64,000 bases of DNA from Hormoscilla sp. (GCA_051439505.1 JBFRWI010000135.1:61192-125191), one strand, 5' to 3'. Shown: positions 18,870-30,385, counted from the stretch's first letter. The notes: a model not told the origin generated them from the letters alone. A program made the numbers and translations.

Positions 18870-20153
18870 GTGACTTTGACAAACATAGACGAATTGACTA
18901 AAACAGATCCGGCAATTGCTGAAATCATCCAGTCCGAACTACAGCGTCAACGGGATCATCTGGAACTGATAGCCAGTGAAAATTTTACCTCGCCAGCGGT
19001 GTTGGCCGCTCAAGGCTCGGTTCTGACCAACAAGTATGCCGAAGGATTACCCAAAAAACGCTATTACGGCGGTTGTGAGTTTATAGACAAGGCGGAACAA
19101 CTGGCCATTGACCGGGTTAAACAGCTGTTTGGTGCAGCTCATGCCAATGTCCAACCCCACTCAGGCGCTCAGGCTAATTTTGCCGTGTTTCTAGCCCTGC
19201 TGGAGCCTGGCGATGGGATTATGGGTATGGATCTGTCTCACGGAGGTCATTTGACTCATGGTTCCCCCGTGAATGTGTCCGGTAAGTGGTTTAAGGTCTG
19301 CCATTATGGGGTGAGTGAGGAAACAGAGCTGCTGGACTACGACCAGGTGCGAGATCTGGCACTTCAGCATCGTCCTAAGTTGATAATTTGCGGGTACTCA
19401 GCTTATTCGAGGATAATCGAGTTTGAGAAATTCCGGGCGATCGCCGATGAAATTGGTGCCTACCTGATGGCAGACATTGCCCACATCGCCGGTTTGGTTG
19501 CTACAGGTCATCATCCCAACCCCGTTCCTCACTGTCATGTGGTGACTACAACCACTCACAAGACTCTACGCGGTCCCAGGGGTGGTTTAATCATGACTAA
19601 CGATCCCGAACTGGCCAAAAAGTTCAATAAAGCTGTATTTCCCGGTACTCAAGGCGGTCCCTTAGAACATGTAATTGCCGCTAAAGCCGTGGCCTTTGGC
19701 GAAGCCTTGCAGCCTGACTTTAAAAACTATTCCGCTCAAGTGATTGCTAATGCTCAAGCTTTAGCCCAGCAGTTACAGCAGCGGGGTCTGAAGGTAGTCT
19801 CTGGTGGCACAGAGAACCATTTATTGCTAGTGGATCTGCGGTCCATCGGCATGACCGGTAAGAAAGCCGAGCAGTTACTCAGTCAGGTGAATATTACTGC
19901 CAACAAGAACACCGTGCCCTTCGATCCCGAATCTCCCTTTGTCACTAGCGGTTTGCGGCTGGGATCGCCAGCAATGACCACGAGGGGTATGGGCACGGGG
20001 GAATTCACTGAAATCGCTACTATTATTGCCGATCGCCTGACTGCTCCAGAGGATGATAGCATTGCTGGGGAATGTCGGCGTCGGGTAGCTGCCTTGTGCG
20101 ATCGCTTCCCCCTCTATCCACACTTAAGCTATCAAGTGCCCGCCCAGGCTTAA
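18870..20153 (+). CDS. glyA: Serine hydroxymethyltransferase
   Basis: LIASENF, NKYAEG and [14 protein letters not shown] motifs. Confidence 0.98.
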   Translation: MTLTNIDELTKTDPAIAEIIQSELQRQRDHLELIASENFTSPAVLAAQGSVLTNKYAEGLPKKRYYGGCEFIDKAEQLAIDRVKQLFGAAHANVQPHSGAQANFAVFLALLEPGDGIMGMDLSHGGHLTHGSPVNVSGKWFKVCHYGVSEETELLDYDQVRDLALQHRPKLIICGYSAYSRIIEFEKFRAIADEIGAYLMADIAHIAGLVATGHHPNPVPHCHVVTTTTHKTLRGPRGGLIMTNDPELAKKFNKAVFPGTQGGPLEHVIAAKAVAFGEALQPDFKNYSAQVIANAQALAQQLQQRGLKVVSGGTENHLLLVDLRSIGMTGKKAEQLLSQVNITANKNTVPFDPESPFVTSGLRLGSPAMTTRGMGTGEFTEIATIIADRLTAPEDDSIAGECRRRVAALCDRFPLYPHLSYQVPAQA

Positions 20154-20264
20154 ATTCCACCCGCAGTCAGAAGTATTATAGCTTCTGACTGCACATTTGC
20201 CCTAAATTTTCGCTTTTATCTGTAATTGTTCTCTGGCCAACTGTATATATCCTATAATCAAATA

Positions 20265-20424
20265 GGCGTTGCACAATTAGGGGATGATAGAGGTTGTTGA
20301 TGGGAGAGCGTTTCCTGTCATATATGCCTATTAATTGCGGTCTTTGTCTATTAGCAATTAGCCAGAGCGCAATTAGCAAAAGGATAAAATATATCAACCA
20401 TCATCGGTAAAAATGTGCAACGCC
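20265..20424. mobile_element. MITE family B
   Basis: TIR GGCGTTGCACA/TGTGCAACGCC with perfect 8-bp TSD ATCAAATA. Confidence 0.9.
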
Positions 20425-20538
20425 ATCAAATATATATGCCCTATCTTCAGAGATATTAATAGCTTTAATTGAGAACATTAGCTCCCGAAAAGATCGAAAA
20501 CTAGAGTTATATATGTAAACAGTTACAATCGCCAATGA

Positions 20539-21618
20539 ATGGATAGCACCCAAGCTGAATTTCAGATGTATTCCCAGTTATACCATCTGGTTGCCTTTAT
20601 AGTATCCGCCTTGGTTGTCCTAGCAACCACGCCAATAGTCAAGCAAATAGGACTAAAAAGTGGGCGCGTGGATATCCCTGACAAACGGAAAGTTCACTCG
20701 GCGCCAATGGTACGTTTGGGGGGTGTGGCCATATTTTTAGGCACAATTGGAGCCCTATTGGTAGTATGGTGGGCGGGAGGATTTGGAGTTTTGCCCCCAG
20801 ATAAAGAGTATGAGGTTTGGGGAGTCACGGTTGGCAGTCTGGCTTTTTTCCTGATTGGTCTGGCAGATGACCTGTTTGGTCTCTCGCCTTTCTCTAGACT
20901 CCTGATCCAGGTAATCGTTGCTAGTTGCGCCTGGAATGTGGGGGTGCAAATCGAGTTTATCACAATTCCCTTTGCTGGTCTAGTCTCTCTACCAGACTGG
21001 ATCTCAATGCCGATCACCGTGATTTGGCTCGTGGGAATGGTCAATGCCATTAACTGGATCGATGGTCTCGATGGTCTAGCCGCAGGAGTCTCGGGAATTG
21101 CCGCCATGGTCATGTTGGTTGTCAGCTTGTTTATGGATCAACCAGCAGCGGCTTTAATTGCCGCTGCCCTTGCAGGGGGATGTTTGGGATTTCTGCGCTA
21201 TAATTTTAATCCCGCTCAAATCTTTATGGGAGATGGCGGGGCTTATTTTATGGGCTTTACTCTGGCCGGAGTAGGGGTGATTGGTTTGGTGAAAACTACG
21301 GCTGTTACGGCTGTGTTGCTGCCATACTTGATTCTGGCAGTGCCGATTTTGGATATGTCAGCCGTGATTTTGAACCGAGTTCTTGATGGCCGATCGCCCT
21401 TTATCGCAGATAAGCGTCATCTGCATCACCGACTGCTGTCAGCTGGTCTCTCCCATCGTTTAACGGTTTTATTTATTTACACCTTGACTATCTGGGTGGG
21501 AAGTTTAGCATTGGCTGTTGCTGGTATCCCGAGTGGTCTGACTTACGCGATCTGTGCTACCTTACTCTTAGCTTACACTACTTGGAAAGTAAAAAAACAG
21601 GCTTCTTCGTCAGGTTAG
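20539..21618 (+). CDS. WecA/MraY-family polyprenyl-phosphate sugar-1-phosphate transferase
   Basis: NAINWIDGLDGLA, FMGDGG and DKRHLHHRL motifs; multiple TM segments. Confidence 0.93.
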   Translation: MDSTQAEFQMYSQLYHLVAFIVSALVVLATTPIVKQIGLKSGRVDIPDKRKVHSAPMVRLGGVAIFLGTIGALLVVWWAGGFGVLPPDKEYEVWGVTVGSLAFFLIGLADDLFGLSPFSRLLIQVIVASCAWNVGVQIEFITIPFAGLVSLPDWISMPITVIWLVGMVNAINWIDGLDGLAAGVSGIAAMVMLVVSLFMDQPAAALIAAALAGGCLGFLRYNFNPAQIFMGDGGAYFMGFTLAGVGVIGLVKTTAVTAVLLPYLILAVPILDMSAVILNRVLDGRSPFIADKRHLHHRLLSAGLSHRLTVLFIYTLTIWVGSLALAVAGIPSGLTYAICATLLLAYTTWKVKKQASSSG

Positions 21619-21756
21619 TGGCAAGTTGCGATCGCCAAAAATAATGAAGGAAAAATCCCGAACAGATCTTGACATGGACAAGAAAATAAGGGTTATACTA
21701 TTTTAAGAAAACAAGGCTACGGGCAAGATCTGAACAATTAACAATCTCTGTTAACA

Positions 21757-23010
21757 ATGACGGCTGAAATAATCTGCGTGGGAACGGAATTACTTTTAGG
21801 AGATATTCTCAATAGGAATGCCCAATTTTTAGCTCAAGAGTTGGCGAGGCTGGGAATTCCACATTACTATCAAACGGTAGTGGGGGATAATCGGGCACGA
21901 CTCAAGGGGGCGATCGCAGTGGCGATCGATCGGGGAGCGAAAATCTTGATATTCACTGGCGGTCTGGGACCAACTCCCGATGACCTGACCTGCGAAACTA
22001 TTGCCGACTTTTTTGAAGTGCCCCTAGTGGAGGATCCGAAGGTATTGGCAGACATTACCCAAAAATACGCATCTAGAGGGCGTAGAATGAACCCCAGCAA
22101 CCGCAAACAAGCATTGATTCCCCAGGGCGCTGCCGTTTTACAAAATCCAGCTGGAACGGCACCAGGCATTATCTGGCAACCCCGTGGGGATCTCACGATT
22201 CTTACTTTCCCGGGCGTCCCCTCAGAAATGCACCGGATGTGGAGGGAAACTGCGGTACCCGATCTCAAAAGTAAGGGCTGGGGTAAAGAAAGTATTTACA
22301 GTCGGACGTTAAAGTTTTGGGGTATTGGAGAATCAGCCTTAGTAGAAAAGATCCCACCAGACATCCTAGATATGTCCAACCCTACAGTTGCGCCCTATGC
22401 GGGGAAGGGAGAGGTGAAGCTACGCATCAGCGCGAAAGCGCCTTCACCAGAGGCTGCTAGCCAAATGATTGGGCCAGTAGAAGAACAGTTGCGACAGATC
22501 GGCGGACTAAACTGCTATGGTGCTGATGGCGAAACGCTGGCCGAAGTGGTGGGAAAACTTCTGCTGGCGGCGGGTGAAACCCTCAGCGTTGCCGAATCAT
22601 GCACCGGTGGTGGGTTGGGGAGTATGCTCACCACGGTAGCTGGAAGCTCTTATTATTTCCAAGGCGGGATCGTTTCTTATGATAATCGGGTGAAGGTTGA
22701 CCAGCTGGGTTTAAATCCCGCCGATTTGGCCCTTTCGGGAGCTGTAAGTGCTGTTGTCGCCCAGCAAATGGCTGTGGGAGTCCAAAAGTTGATGGGGACT
22801 ACCTGGGGACTGAGCATTACGGGCATTGCTGGACCAGGAGGCGGTACGGAGGCCAAACCGGTGGGATTGGTTTATGTGGGTCTGGCTGCTGCTGACAGGG
22901 TACAAAGCTTCGAGCATCGTTTTGGTTCCCAGCAAGACAGAGATGCAATTCGTCACCGCAGTGCTTGCAGTGCTCTGGACCACTTGCGACGCCAAATGCT
23001 AACCAGATAG
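21757..23010 (+). CDS. cinA: Competence/damage-inducible protein A
   Basis: GTELLLG, GGLGPTPDDLT, AESCTGG and TGIAGPGGG motifs. Confidence 0.95.
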   Translation: MTAEIICVGTELLLGDILNRNAQFLAQELARLGIPHYYQTVVGDNRARLKGAIAVAIDRGAKILIFTGGLGPTPDDLTCETIADFFEVPLVEDPKVLADITQKYASRGRRMNPSNRKQALIPQGAAVLQNPAGTAPGIIWQPRGDLTILTFPGVPSEMHRMWRETAVPDLKSKGWGKESIYSRTLKFWGIGESALVEKIPPDILDMSNPTVAPYAGKGEVKLRISAKAPSPEAASQMIGPVEEQLRQIGGLNCYGADGETLAEVVGKLLLAAGETLSVAESCTGGGLGSMLTTVAGSSYYFQGGIVSYDNRVKVDQLGLNPADLALSGAVSAVVAQQMAVGVQKLMGTTWGLSITGIAGPGGGTEAKPVGLVYVGLAAADRVQSFEHRFGSQQDRDAIRHRSACSALDHLRRQMLTR

Positions 23011-23130
23011 GAGACAAAAACCAGGCTTGTCGATCTCGGAAAAAATTCGTTATGATGAGTAAAGAAGCAAGCGATGACTGTGATCACGCGGATTTGTGAG
23101 AACAGGCTATAGTGAAGGAGCTTTGAATTA

Positions 23131-23271
23131 ATGGACTACATTGACAAGGTACTGGAAAAAATTAAGGAATGGGCTCGCCAGCTCATAGATGCTCTAGTCG
23201 GACCAGATGTCCAGCCAGAACCGGAGCTGATTCCCATCCCAGTCAAAGATCCACACAGTAGGCGTCGGTAG
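23131..23271 (+). CDS. 46-aa small protein (absent from the ORF track)
   Basis: MDYIDKVLEKIKEWARQLIDALVGPDVQPEPELIPIPVKDPHSRRR; AAGGAG RBS. Confidence 0.7.
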   Translation: MDYIDKVLEKIKEWARQLIDALVGPDVQPEPELIPIPVKDPHSRRR

Positions 23272-23299
23272 TTGGTTCCCTTGATTTAGGAGGAGGATT

Positions 23300-23737
23300 T
23301 TGTTAGAGGTTTTAGTACTGCATGGGCCAAATCTAAATCTATTGGGTCAGCGAGAGCCAGAAATCTATGGTAGCTTAACCCTAGAGGACATTAATCGCCT
23401 CCTAGTAGAGGAAGCGCGATCGCTCAATGTCAAGGTGTCAACCTTTCAGTCGAACCACGAGGGTGCTTTGGTAGATGCCATCCATCAGGCTCAAGGTCGC
23501 TATGCTGGGTTGCTGATCAATGCTGGAGCATATACCCATACCAGTGTGGCGCTAGCAGATGCGATCGCGGCAGTGGCCATACCGACGGTGGAGGTTCACC
23601 TCAGCAATATCTATCGCCGCGAAAGCTTCCGCCATCATTCCTATATAGCACCGGTGGCAGTGGGGCAAATTAGCGGCTTTGGCGCTCAAAGTTATCGACT
23701 GGGGTTACAGGCCCTAGTGTCGGCGCTCGGTGACTAG
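23300..23737 (+). CDS. aroQ: Type II 3-dehydroquinate dehydratase
   Basis: [23 protein letters not shown] and EVHLSN motifs. Confidence 0.96.
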   Translation: MLEVLVLHGPNLNLLGQREPEIYGSLTLEDINRLLVEEARSLNVKVSTFQSNHEGALVDAIHQAQGRYAGLLINAGAYTHTSVALADAIAAVAIPTVEVHLSNIYRRESFRHHSYIAPVAVGQISGFGAQSYRLGLQALVSALGD

Positions 23738-24042
23738 CGCTCCGTGGCGCAGGGTAAAATCAGGCGCAAATTGAGCGATTCTCGCGTCGCTGGTCAGTCA
23801 TTTTGGCAAACAGCCTGTAGTCCGGGCAGATAGCCTGTCAGTTGACTGTGCGCACAGTCGGGCTGATTGGTGATGCATTAGTGGCTCGCCCTAAAAATGC
23901 TGGCGCTCGTTCACGAAAGGATAGAAGAAAACAGATAAAAGCAAAAGTTAAGATTTAAGAGAAAAAATTGGCAACAGAGCGATCGCGGCAGCTAGCATGG
24001 TGTTAGTTGTCAGTTGTTAGTTGCACAACTAACAACTGACAA

Positions 24043-24456
24043 CTAAGGATTTTGGTGAGGAGTTTTTTTGTTTTTGGGCTTGGCAAGGGGCAAGAATCGA
24101 TCGAGGGCAGCCTTGAACTGTTCGATTTCGACCTCAATATTGCCATCTTTAGCGGCTCGGGCAATACAGTGAGTTAAATGTTCGTCTAAAATAATCCGGG
24201 AAACGCGATCGACGGCACCGCGCACGGCGGCCAGTTGGATCAAGACTTCCGGACAAGGGCGGCTCTCTTGTACCATAACCTTAATACCTCGGACATGCCC
24301 TTCAAGGCGAGAAAGCTGATTGATGATGCGTCGGAGTGATTCTTCGCTGTGGACATGTTGATGCAGGCTCTCGGAGTGGAGATGGTCGGGATCTCGCGAG
24401 GTAGTAGGGTCATTTTGGGGTAGAGTTTCGTTAGTTAAGGGGTTAGCTCCAGTCAT
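24043..24456 (-). CDS. CsoR/RcnR-family metal-sensing repressor (InrS-like)
   Basis: His-rich N-terminus, LSRLEGHVRG, CPEVLIQLAAV, EHLTHC. Confidence 0.9.
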   Translation of the reverse strand: MTGANPLTNETLPQNDPTTSRDPDHLHSESLHQHVHSEESLRRIINQLSRLEGHVRGIKVMVQESRPCPEVLIQLAAVRGAVDRVSRIILDEHLTHCIARAAKDGNIEVEIEQFKAALDRFLPLAKPKNKKTPHQNP

Positions 24457-24678
24457 TATTCTCCACAGGGCAGCAAGGTAAGCGCGCTTCGTGCTTACTA
24501 CAAACCAAATAGTAATCTAGATCTTAACGTAAAGAAGAATTTATGAAAGGTGGGCGGCTATCCTCCCCGAGAAGGAAGGGCTTACCCGCCGCTCTCGGAC
24601 TGTAATTTGGGGATAGTTTTTGTCAAAATTATCAATAATTACCAATAGATAGACTACTAGATAGAGAGGATTGGCACT

Positions 24679-25884
24679 ATGCGGTGGAAAAAAGATTCCC
24701 GCGCCTTACGCCTTGTGGGTACCCATGTTTTGGCCTTCGCTCTAGGAGCATTGCTTGCCCTGGGCGTGGTTTTACCTTCTCAAGCGGATCCAGTGGACTT
24801 ACGGGCGACAGCAAAGATACCGCCATCTGCGGTGGCTCTGCAAATTCCTCAAGCTGGCGCCAACTTTGTGACCGCAGCGGTGCAGCAGGTAGGGCCTGCG
24901 GTGGTCAGAATTGACACGGAGCGCATTGTCACCCGTAGTAATAGTAATTTCGATCCGTTTTTTGACGACCCCTTCTTCGAGCGCTTTTTTGGCGATCGCT
25001 TCTCCCAGCAAATGCCGCGCGAACAGTTGCAACGGGGACAGGGTTCGGGTTTCATTGTCGAACGCAATGGGATCATTTTAACTAATGCCCATGTGGTGAG
25101 TGGGGCGGATAAAGTGACGGTGACGCTCAAGGATGGACGGGAGTTTGAAGGCCAGGTATTAGGGAAAGATGAGGTAACGGACTTGGCAGTTGTCAAGGTT
25201 AATGGTAATAATTTGCCTGTGGCGAACTTGGGAGAGTCCGCTGGCGTTCAGGTGGGTGACTGGGCGATCGCGGTTGGCAACCCTTTAGGATTGGATAATA
25301 CTGTTACTTTGGGGATTGTCAGTACCCTCAACCGTTCCTCTTCAGAGGTTGGCATTCCTGATAAGCGTGTGGACTTCATTCAAACTGATGCGGCGATCAA
25401 TCCCGGTAATTCCGGCGGTCCCCTGTTGAACGACCGGGGTGAAGTGATTGGCATTAATACGGCTATTCGCGCTAACGCTAATGGGATTGGCTTTGCTATC
25501 CCGATCGATAAAGCGAAAGCGATTAAAGATCGGCTGGCCCGTGGAGAAGAGATTCCTCATCCCTATATCGGAGTGCGCATTGCCAACCTGACACCGGAAA
25601 TGGCCAGGGAAAACAATAGCGACCCCAATTCATCCATTGTACTTCCAGAAACTACTGGCGTATTGGTGGTGGGAGTGATGCGCGATACCCCGGCAGCTAG
25701 GGCAGGTTTGCGTCGGGGAGATGTGATTGTCGAAATTGATGGGAAACCTGTTACTACTGCCGATCAGTTACAGAAGATGGTCGATCGCAGTGGTGTTGGC
25801 AAGGTGCTGCAAGTTAAGCTAATACGCAACAACCAAACCCAGCAACTTTCGATTAAGACGGCTCAACTTCAAGATACTTTGTGA
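24679..25884 (+). CDS. HtrA/HhoA-family serine protease with PDZ domain
   Basis: TNAHVV, DLAVV and [14 protein letters not shown] motifs; C-terminal PDZ. Confidence 0.95.
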   Translation: MRWKKDSRALRLVGTHVLAFALGALLALGVVLPSQADPVDLRATAKIPPSAVALQIPQAGANFVTAAVQQVGPAVVRIDTERIVTRSNSNFDPFFDDPFFERFFGDRFSQQMPREQLQRGQGSGFIVERNGIILTNAHVVSGADKVTVTLKDGREFEGQVLGKDEVTDLAVVKVNGNNLPVANLGESAGVQVGDWAIAVGNPLGLDNTVTLGIVSTLNRSSSEVGIPDKRVDFIQTDAAINPGNSGGPLLNDRGEVIGINTAIRANANGIGFAIPIDKAKAIKDRLARGEEIPHPYIGVRIANLTPEMARENNSDPNSSIVLPETTGVLVVGVMRDTPAARAGLRRGDVIVEIDGKPVTTADQLQKMVDRSGVGKVLQVKLIRNNQTQQLSIKTAQLQDTL

Positions 25885-25889
25885 AGATT

Positions 25890-26125
25890 GCGAATTGTGA
25901 ATTGCTAATTGCTAATTGCTAATTGCTAATTTAATTCACAATTAGCTCCCGCTACTCCGCTACCGCGCCCCCAGCCTAAAGACTGGGGCTACACGAACAA
26001 AGCCCGCCTGCGCGGGCTTGATTATTTGATTCGATATTGTCAATGGTGAATTGTTAATTGTTAATTATGGTAAATTGTTAATTGTTAATAACTAGCAACT
26101 AACAAGTAGCAACTAGCAACTCAAA
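25890..26125. repeat. STRR heptamer tracts flanking a GTAG-type REP
   Basis: (AATTGCT)n and (AACTAGC)n; REP at ~25965-26018. Confidence 0.8.
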
Positions 26126-26190
26126 ACTGCAAGACTTTGCCGCATTACTACTGCTATTTTTGTTCTCTGTGAATGACAGTTCTTGTGCTG

Positions 26191-26676
26191 TCAAGATCTG
26201 CCATATCTTCGCTGGGCAAACCAAGTTTGCAGTTGCTGGCGACATTGGGACTCCATTACTCCCGCTATTACTTGCAATTTATGATTTGAACAAGGGCTAT
26301 CGGGAATATTGGCAACGGTACGAATGGCACCTGTCTTGGGGTCGTCAACTCCATACACCAGAAGACCGATGCGGGCTTGCACTATGGCCCCGGCACACAT
26401 GGGACAGGGTTCTAATGTGACATAGAGGGTGCAGTGGTTGAGGTGCCAGTTTTGTAAGGCTTGCCCTGCGGCCCGAATGGCGAGGATTTCTGCGTGGGCG
26501 GTGGGATCTTTGTCCCTCTCTTTGCGGTTACATGCTAAGGCGATCGCCTTTCCTTCCCCGTCCACGATCGCCGCACCTACCGGCACTTCTCCAGCTTCAC
26601 CGGCAGACTGGGCCAGTTCTAGGGCCCGACTCATCCATTGCCGATGTCTCTGATAGGCTGGATCTGCAATTAACAT
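26191..26676 (-). CDS. tadA: tRNA adenosine(34) deaminase
   Basis: GEVPVGA, AHAE and TLEPCPMC motifs. Confidence 0.94.
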   Translation of the reverse strand: MLIADPAYQRHRQWMSRALELAQSAGEAGEVPVGAAIVDGEGKAIALACNRKERDKDPTAHAEILAIRAAGQALQNWHLNHCTLYVTLEPCPMCAGAIVQARIGLLVYGVDDPKTGAIRTVANIPDSPCSNHKLQVIAGVMESQCRQQLQTWFAQRRYGRS

Positions 26677-26685
26677 CTACTGACT

Positions 26686-27000
26686 TTAGCTTGCTGGTTG
26701 AGCTAGCAGAGGATCTAGTTGGCCTTTTGTGTCTAACTGATAGACTTCATCACACCCGCCCACATGCTGATTATTAATGAAAATCTGCGGCACCGTCCGG
26801 CCACCGTTGGCGCGATCGGCCATGCGGTCTCTGGCTTCGGCATCGCCGTCTATCTTATATTCTTGGTATTTTACTCCTTTCCACCAGAGCAGCATTTTGG
26901 CTCGGATGCAGTAGGGACAGGTTTGCCAGGTGTAGATTTCGACGTTGGCTTTGATGCGATCGGGATTACGACCTAAGATGGGATTGAGAAAGTCAAGCAT
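26686..27000 (-). CDS. grxC: Glutaredoxin 3
   Basis: CPYC, TVPQIF and GGCD motifs. Confidence 0.93.
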   Translation of the reverse strand: MLDFLNPILGRNPDRIKANVEIYTWQTCPYCIRAKMLLWWKGVKYQEYKIDGDAEARDRMADRANGGRTVPQIFINNQHVGGCDEVYQLDTKGQLDPLLAQPAS

Positions 27001-27036
27001 TTTCCGAAATTCTGCTGATTCTGCTTACCATTATAC

Positions 27037-27957
27037 ATGATGAACTTGCGCCTCGTTTACCATCCTGATTACGTTGCCCCCTTGCCCGAGGGACATCGCT
27101 TCCCCATGGCCAAGTTTGGTCAACTTTACCAGATGCTGTTGGCTGATGGCGTCGCGGAATTAAGCCAATTTCATACCCCCACCCTGCCCTCACGGGAGGC
27201 GATCGCCCTAGTCCATACCCCAGAATATGTCCGAGCTTACTGTGAAGGGACAGTCGATGTCAAGGCCCAGCGGCGCATTGGTTTGCCCTGGAGTCCGGCC
27301 CTGGCAAACCGGACTTGTATGGCCGTGGGTGGGACTATTTTAACAGCTCAATTAGCCTTGCGTCACGGTTTGGCCTGCAATACTGCTGGCGGTACTCATC
27401 ATGCTTTCCCTAGCTATGGTTCTGGTTTCTGCATTTTTAACGATCTGGCGATCGCCTCCCGGGTGCTGCTAAAACTGGGGCTTGTCCGGCAAATTCTGAT
27501 TGTAGACTTAGACGTGCATCAAGGAGACGGTACGGCCCTTATCTTTCAGGATGACCCCAGTGTTTTCACTTTCTCCATGCATTGTGAAGTTAATTTTCCT
27601 AGCAAGAAGCAAAAGAGCGATTTAGACGTGCCTTTGCCAGCAGGAATGGATGATGATGGCTACCTGCAAACTCTGGCTAAATATTTACCAGATTTACTCT
27701 CCGATGTCAAGCCAGATATAGTCCTTTACGATGCGGGAGTTGACACCCATGTAGGTGATGCCTTAGGAAAATTAGCCATGACCGATACAGGGTTATTTCG
27801 GCGCGAAATGCAGGTTTTGAGTACCTGTGTAGCCGGGGGTTATCCCGTTGCTTGTGTCATCGGGGGTGGTTATGCTAAGGATATGAACGCCTTGGTTTAT
27901 CGGCATTCCTTGCTGCACCGCGCCGCTAGGGATGTTTGTCGCCAGTACAAACTTTGA
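27037..27957 (+). CDS. Histone deacetylase family protein
   Basis: GGTHHA, GFCIFND, DLDVHQGDG and GGGY motifs. Confidence 0.94.
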   Translation: MMNLRLVYHPDYVAPLPEGHRFPMAKFGQLYQMLLADGVAELSQFHTPTLPSREAIALVHTPEYVRAYCEGTVDVKAQRRIGLPWSPALANRTCMAVGGTILTAQLALRHGLACNTAGGTHHAFPSYGSGFCIFNDLAIASRVLLKLGLVRQILIVDLDVHQGDGTALIFQDDPSVFTFSMHCEVNFPSKKQKSDLDVPLPAGMDDDGYLQTLAKYLPDLLSDVKPDIVLYDAGVDTHVGDALGKLAMTDTGLFRREMQVLSTCVAGGYPVACVIGGGYAKDMNALVYRHSLLHRAARDVCRQYKL

Positions 27958-28023
27958 ACGATCGCTATTGCTAATTGCTAATTGCTAATTGCCAATGGTA
28001 ACTTGGGCAATTATTATCAATTT

Positions 28024-28977
28024 CTAGTCTTTAGAGAAAGATTTACGCCAAAAGAAAAAGGGACTTTGGATGCTAGAGATATATAGTTCCAGTTCGCAAG
28101 CTGCAACTATATCGTCGCGAACTGCGGTTTTATACTTGAGCAGATGCCGAATTATTTTGCGCAGATCGTTAACCATATAAGCAGGGAGTGCCAGGGGTCT
28201 TTGCCAAGGTTGAAAACTCAGCATCCGAGTGCGATAGCGACTCAACCCAATGCCCCGGAATAGTTTGAGCAAATATTCTTTTTCTAGACGGGTTTTGGGA
28301 ATTTTGTGATGCAGGATCATTTCGGAATTATACCATATTTCCCATCCTGCTTGCTGAATGTAGAGCAATGCTTCCAAGTCTTCTCCAGCTAACATCGAGT
28401 CCCCCACTCGACCTTGCAGCAAAATATTCTGGGGCACCTTATCCAACCAGACTTGTTTGCGAATAACTAATCCTGCACCTGGAGGGAGAATTTTTTTGTG
28501 GGGTGCGTAGATGCGAGGGCTAGAACCTCTGTCTGTGAGGGCGAGAAAAGCGGCAATTCTCTGAAAGTTTGGTGGTGGAGAAACTTCATATTCAGGGTAG
28601 ATGCGACTGCCATAAGCACCAGCTTGGGGGTTGGCTTCACCAAAGGCAAATGCTGCTGCTACCCAGTTGGGTGCGGCGAGGTTATCGTCGTCGAGAAAGC
28701 CGACATATTTACCTGCGGCTTCTGTAACGGCCCGTTGTCTGGCATGGGCGAGTCCTTGTTGCGATTCAAAGGTATATTTGATGGGATAGGGTTTGTCCCA
28801 GTTTGCTTGGTAGTCTCGCGCAACTTGGGCGGTGTTGTCTTTGCTGTTGTTATCTATTACCAGAATCTCCCAGCTGCAAGATTCTGTATCGGTTTGCTGG
28901 CGCAATCTTTCCAGGACTGCGGGTACTCGCTTGGCACCGTTGTAGGTGCAGATGGCTACTGTTAAATCTACTGTCAT
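28024..28977 (-). CDS. GT2 glycosyltransferase, HpsE-like
   Basis: VAICTYNG, FLDDDN, LPPGAGL and GEDLE motifs. Confidence 0.88.
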   Translation of the reverse strand: MTVDLTVAICTYNGAKRVPAVLERLRQQTDTESCSWEILVIDNNSKDNTAQVARDYQANWDKPYPIKYTFESQQGLAHARQRAVTEAAGKYVGFLDDDNLAAPNWVAAAFAFGEANPQAGAYGSRIYPEYEVSPPPNFQRIAAFLALTDRGSSPRIYAPHKKILPPGAGLVIRKQVWLDKVPQNILLQGRVGDSMLAGEDLEALLYIQQAGWEIWYNSEMILHHKIPKTRLEKEYLLKLFRGIGLSRYRTRMLSFQPWQRPLALPAYMVNDLRKIIRHLLKYKTAVRDDIVAACELELYISSIQSPFFFWRKSFSKD

Positions 28978-29109
28978 TGGAGTGGGAGAGTCAAATGTAC
29001 TGCTGTTAATTATAGCTGCACTGGGGACTGGAGTGCAAGGTTGAGGGGCGATCGGCTATAATCCCAGATGAGGGGCGATCGCAACTTCCGCATAGGAGAA
29101 GAAAGAACT

Positions 29110-29499
29110 ATGAGTGAAATTCGTTGGAAACTGGCTGAATACATGAGGTTCCGGGGCGTCACCTCCGACAAACTGATAGCCACTATGGGGGATACAGTCG
29201 CTCCTGAAATTGTCTACAGACTGGTAGATAACCCTGAAGAACAGCGCCAAATCGACCTAAACATGGTAGCAGCTATCATGGAGGGTCTGATCTTAGTGAC
29301 TGGTTTTCCGGTGGGGGTGTCAGAAATACTGGAATTCGTCCCCCATCTGCCTCAAGAATTTCTGGAAAACTCGCCTTGGCGGGATCTCTTCGAGAAGGAG
29401 TATAACGAACCCTATTATCCCGAAGATGTAGACCAGACAACACTTGGTCAGGCTGTGCGCTATATTCCTGGCGTAGGTCTAGTTCTCTCAGATGAATAG
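29110..29499 (+). CDS. Putative Cro/C1-type HTH protein
   Basis: IRWKLAEYM...IVYRL...IDL...VSEILEF pattern. Confidence 0.65.
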   Translation: MSEIRWKLAEYMRFRGVTSDKLIATMGDTVAPEIVYRLVDNPEEQRQIDLNMVAAIMEGLILVTGFPVGVSEILEFVPHLPQEFLENSPWRDLFEKEYNEPYYPEDVDQTTLGQAVRYIPGVGLVLSDE

Positions 29500-29643
29500 G
29501 ACTACCGGTAGATGGTGGCGACGCTTGTATCTATTTTCTACTTGACAATGCCATGCCCCTACTCCTATATCTTGGAAAGACAGCCCGATCGCTTAAACAC
29601 TTATTGGGGCGCACTACTGCAAGCAATATCTGGAAAACTAGAG

Positions 29644-30030
29644 ATGACAACCAAAACAGCAAACTTTCAACAAGTCGCTACAGCAGCGTCAACACTCACG
29701 CCAGAGGAACAAGCAATTCTGCTGGATATTATCAAGGAGAACATATCAGATTATTTGGCGCAAAGGCGACATGCACAAGCTTGGGAATTGGCACGCATAG
29801 CAGCAAAGCTACTGCGGGAGAAATTTGGGGTGACGCGAGTAGTAGTATTTGGAGCGCTTTTTGAACGCATTAGGTGCGGACACAGCGCGGACATTGAATT
29901 AGCGGCTTGGGGAATTCCCCCAAGGCAATATTTATCAGCTGCGGATACTGTTGCTACCATCAACCCTGAATTCGAGGTGGATCTGATAGATTTAGAAATT
30001 TGTAGTGACTGGGATACCGAAGCGATCTAA
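29644..30030 (+). CDS. Minimal nucleotidyltransferase (MNT)-like protein, possibly degenerate
   Basis: VVVFGA...SADIELAAWG and FEVDLID; canonical GS/DxD residues altered; no HEPN partner seen. Confidence 0.7.
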   Translation: MTTKTANFQQVATAASTLTPEEQAILLDIIKENISDYLAQRRHAQAWELARIAAKLLREKFGVTRVVVFGALFERIRCGHSADIELAAWGIPPRQYLSAADTVATINPEFEVDLIDLEICSDWDTEAI

Positions 30031-30209
30031 GATTATGGAGTCGAGATAATTGGTAATTACCCTAACCCTAAAGTAGAGCTATAATATCCTCATGGAGACT
30101 AATTATCTCATGAAAATATGACGAGGTTTGAGTAAACTTGACGGTGCAGTCAGTGGCGATCGCCTGACTTGCGCGAATTTCCAGAAAAGTTCGAGATCCC
30201 ATACTTTGA

Positions 30210-30341
30210 GCTACATATGAAAAATGTCCCGTATGCTATGGGATCTGGTTTGATGCTGGGGAGTTTAAGGATTTCAAGGAAGAGGGTATTCGCGATCTTA
30301 AGGGCAGAATTATGGATTTGTTGGCCCAAGGGAGAAGTTAA
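30210..30341 (+). pseudogene. zf-TFIIB-like protein C-terminal fragment
   Basis: Hand translation YEKCPVCYGIWFDAGEFKDFKEEG; upstream in-frame stop and no start. Confidence 0.6.
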
Positions 30342-30385
30342 TTGTTGGTTCCGTAGGACAGGCGATCCGCCCGTCCTGCGATGTC

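Noticed and set aside
21669..21699. TTGACA...TATACT promoter upstream of cinA
   Set aside because: The 19-nt spacer is outside the usual range; not listed as a feature
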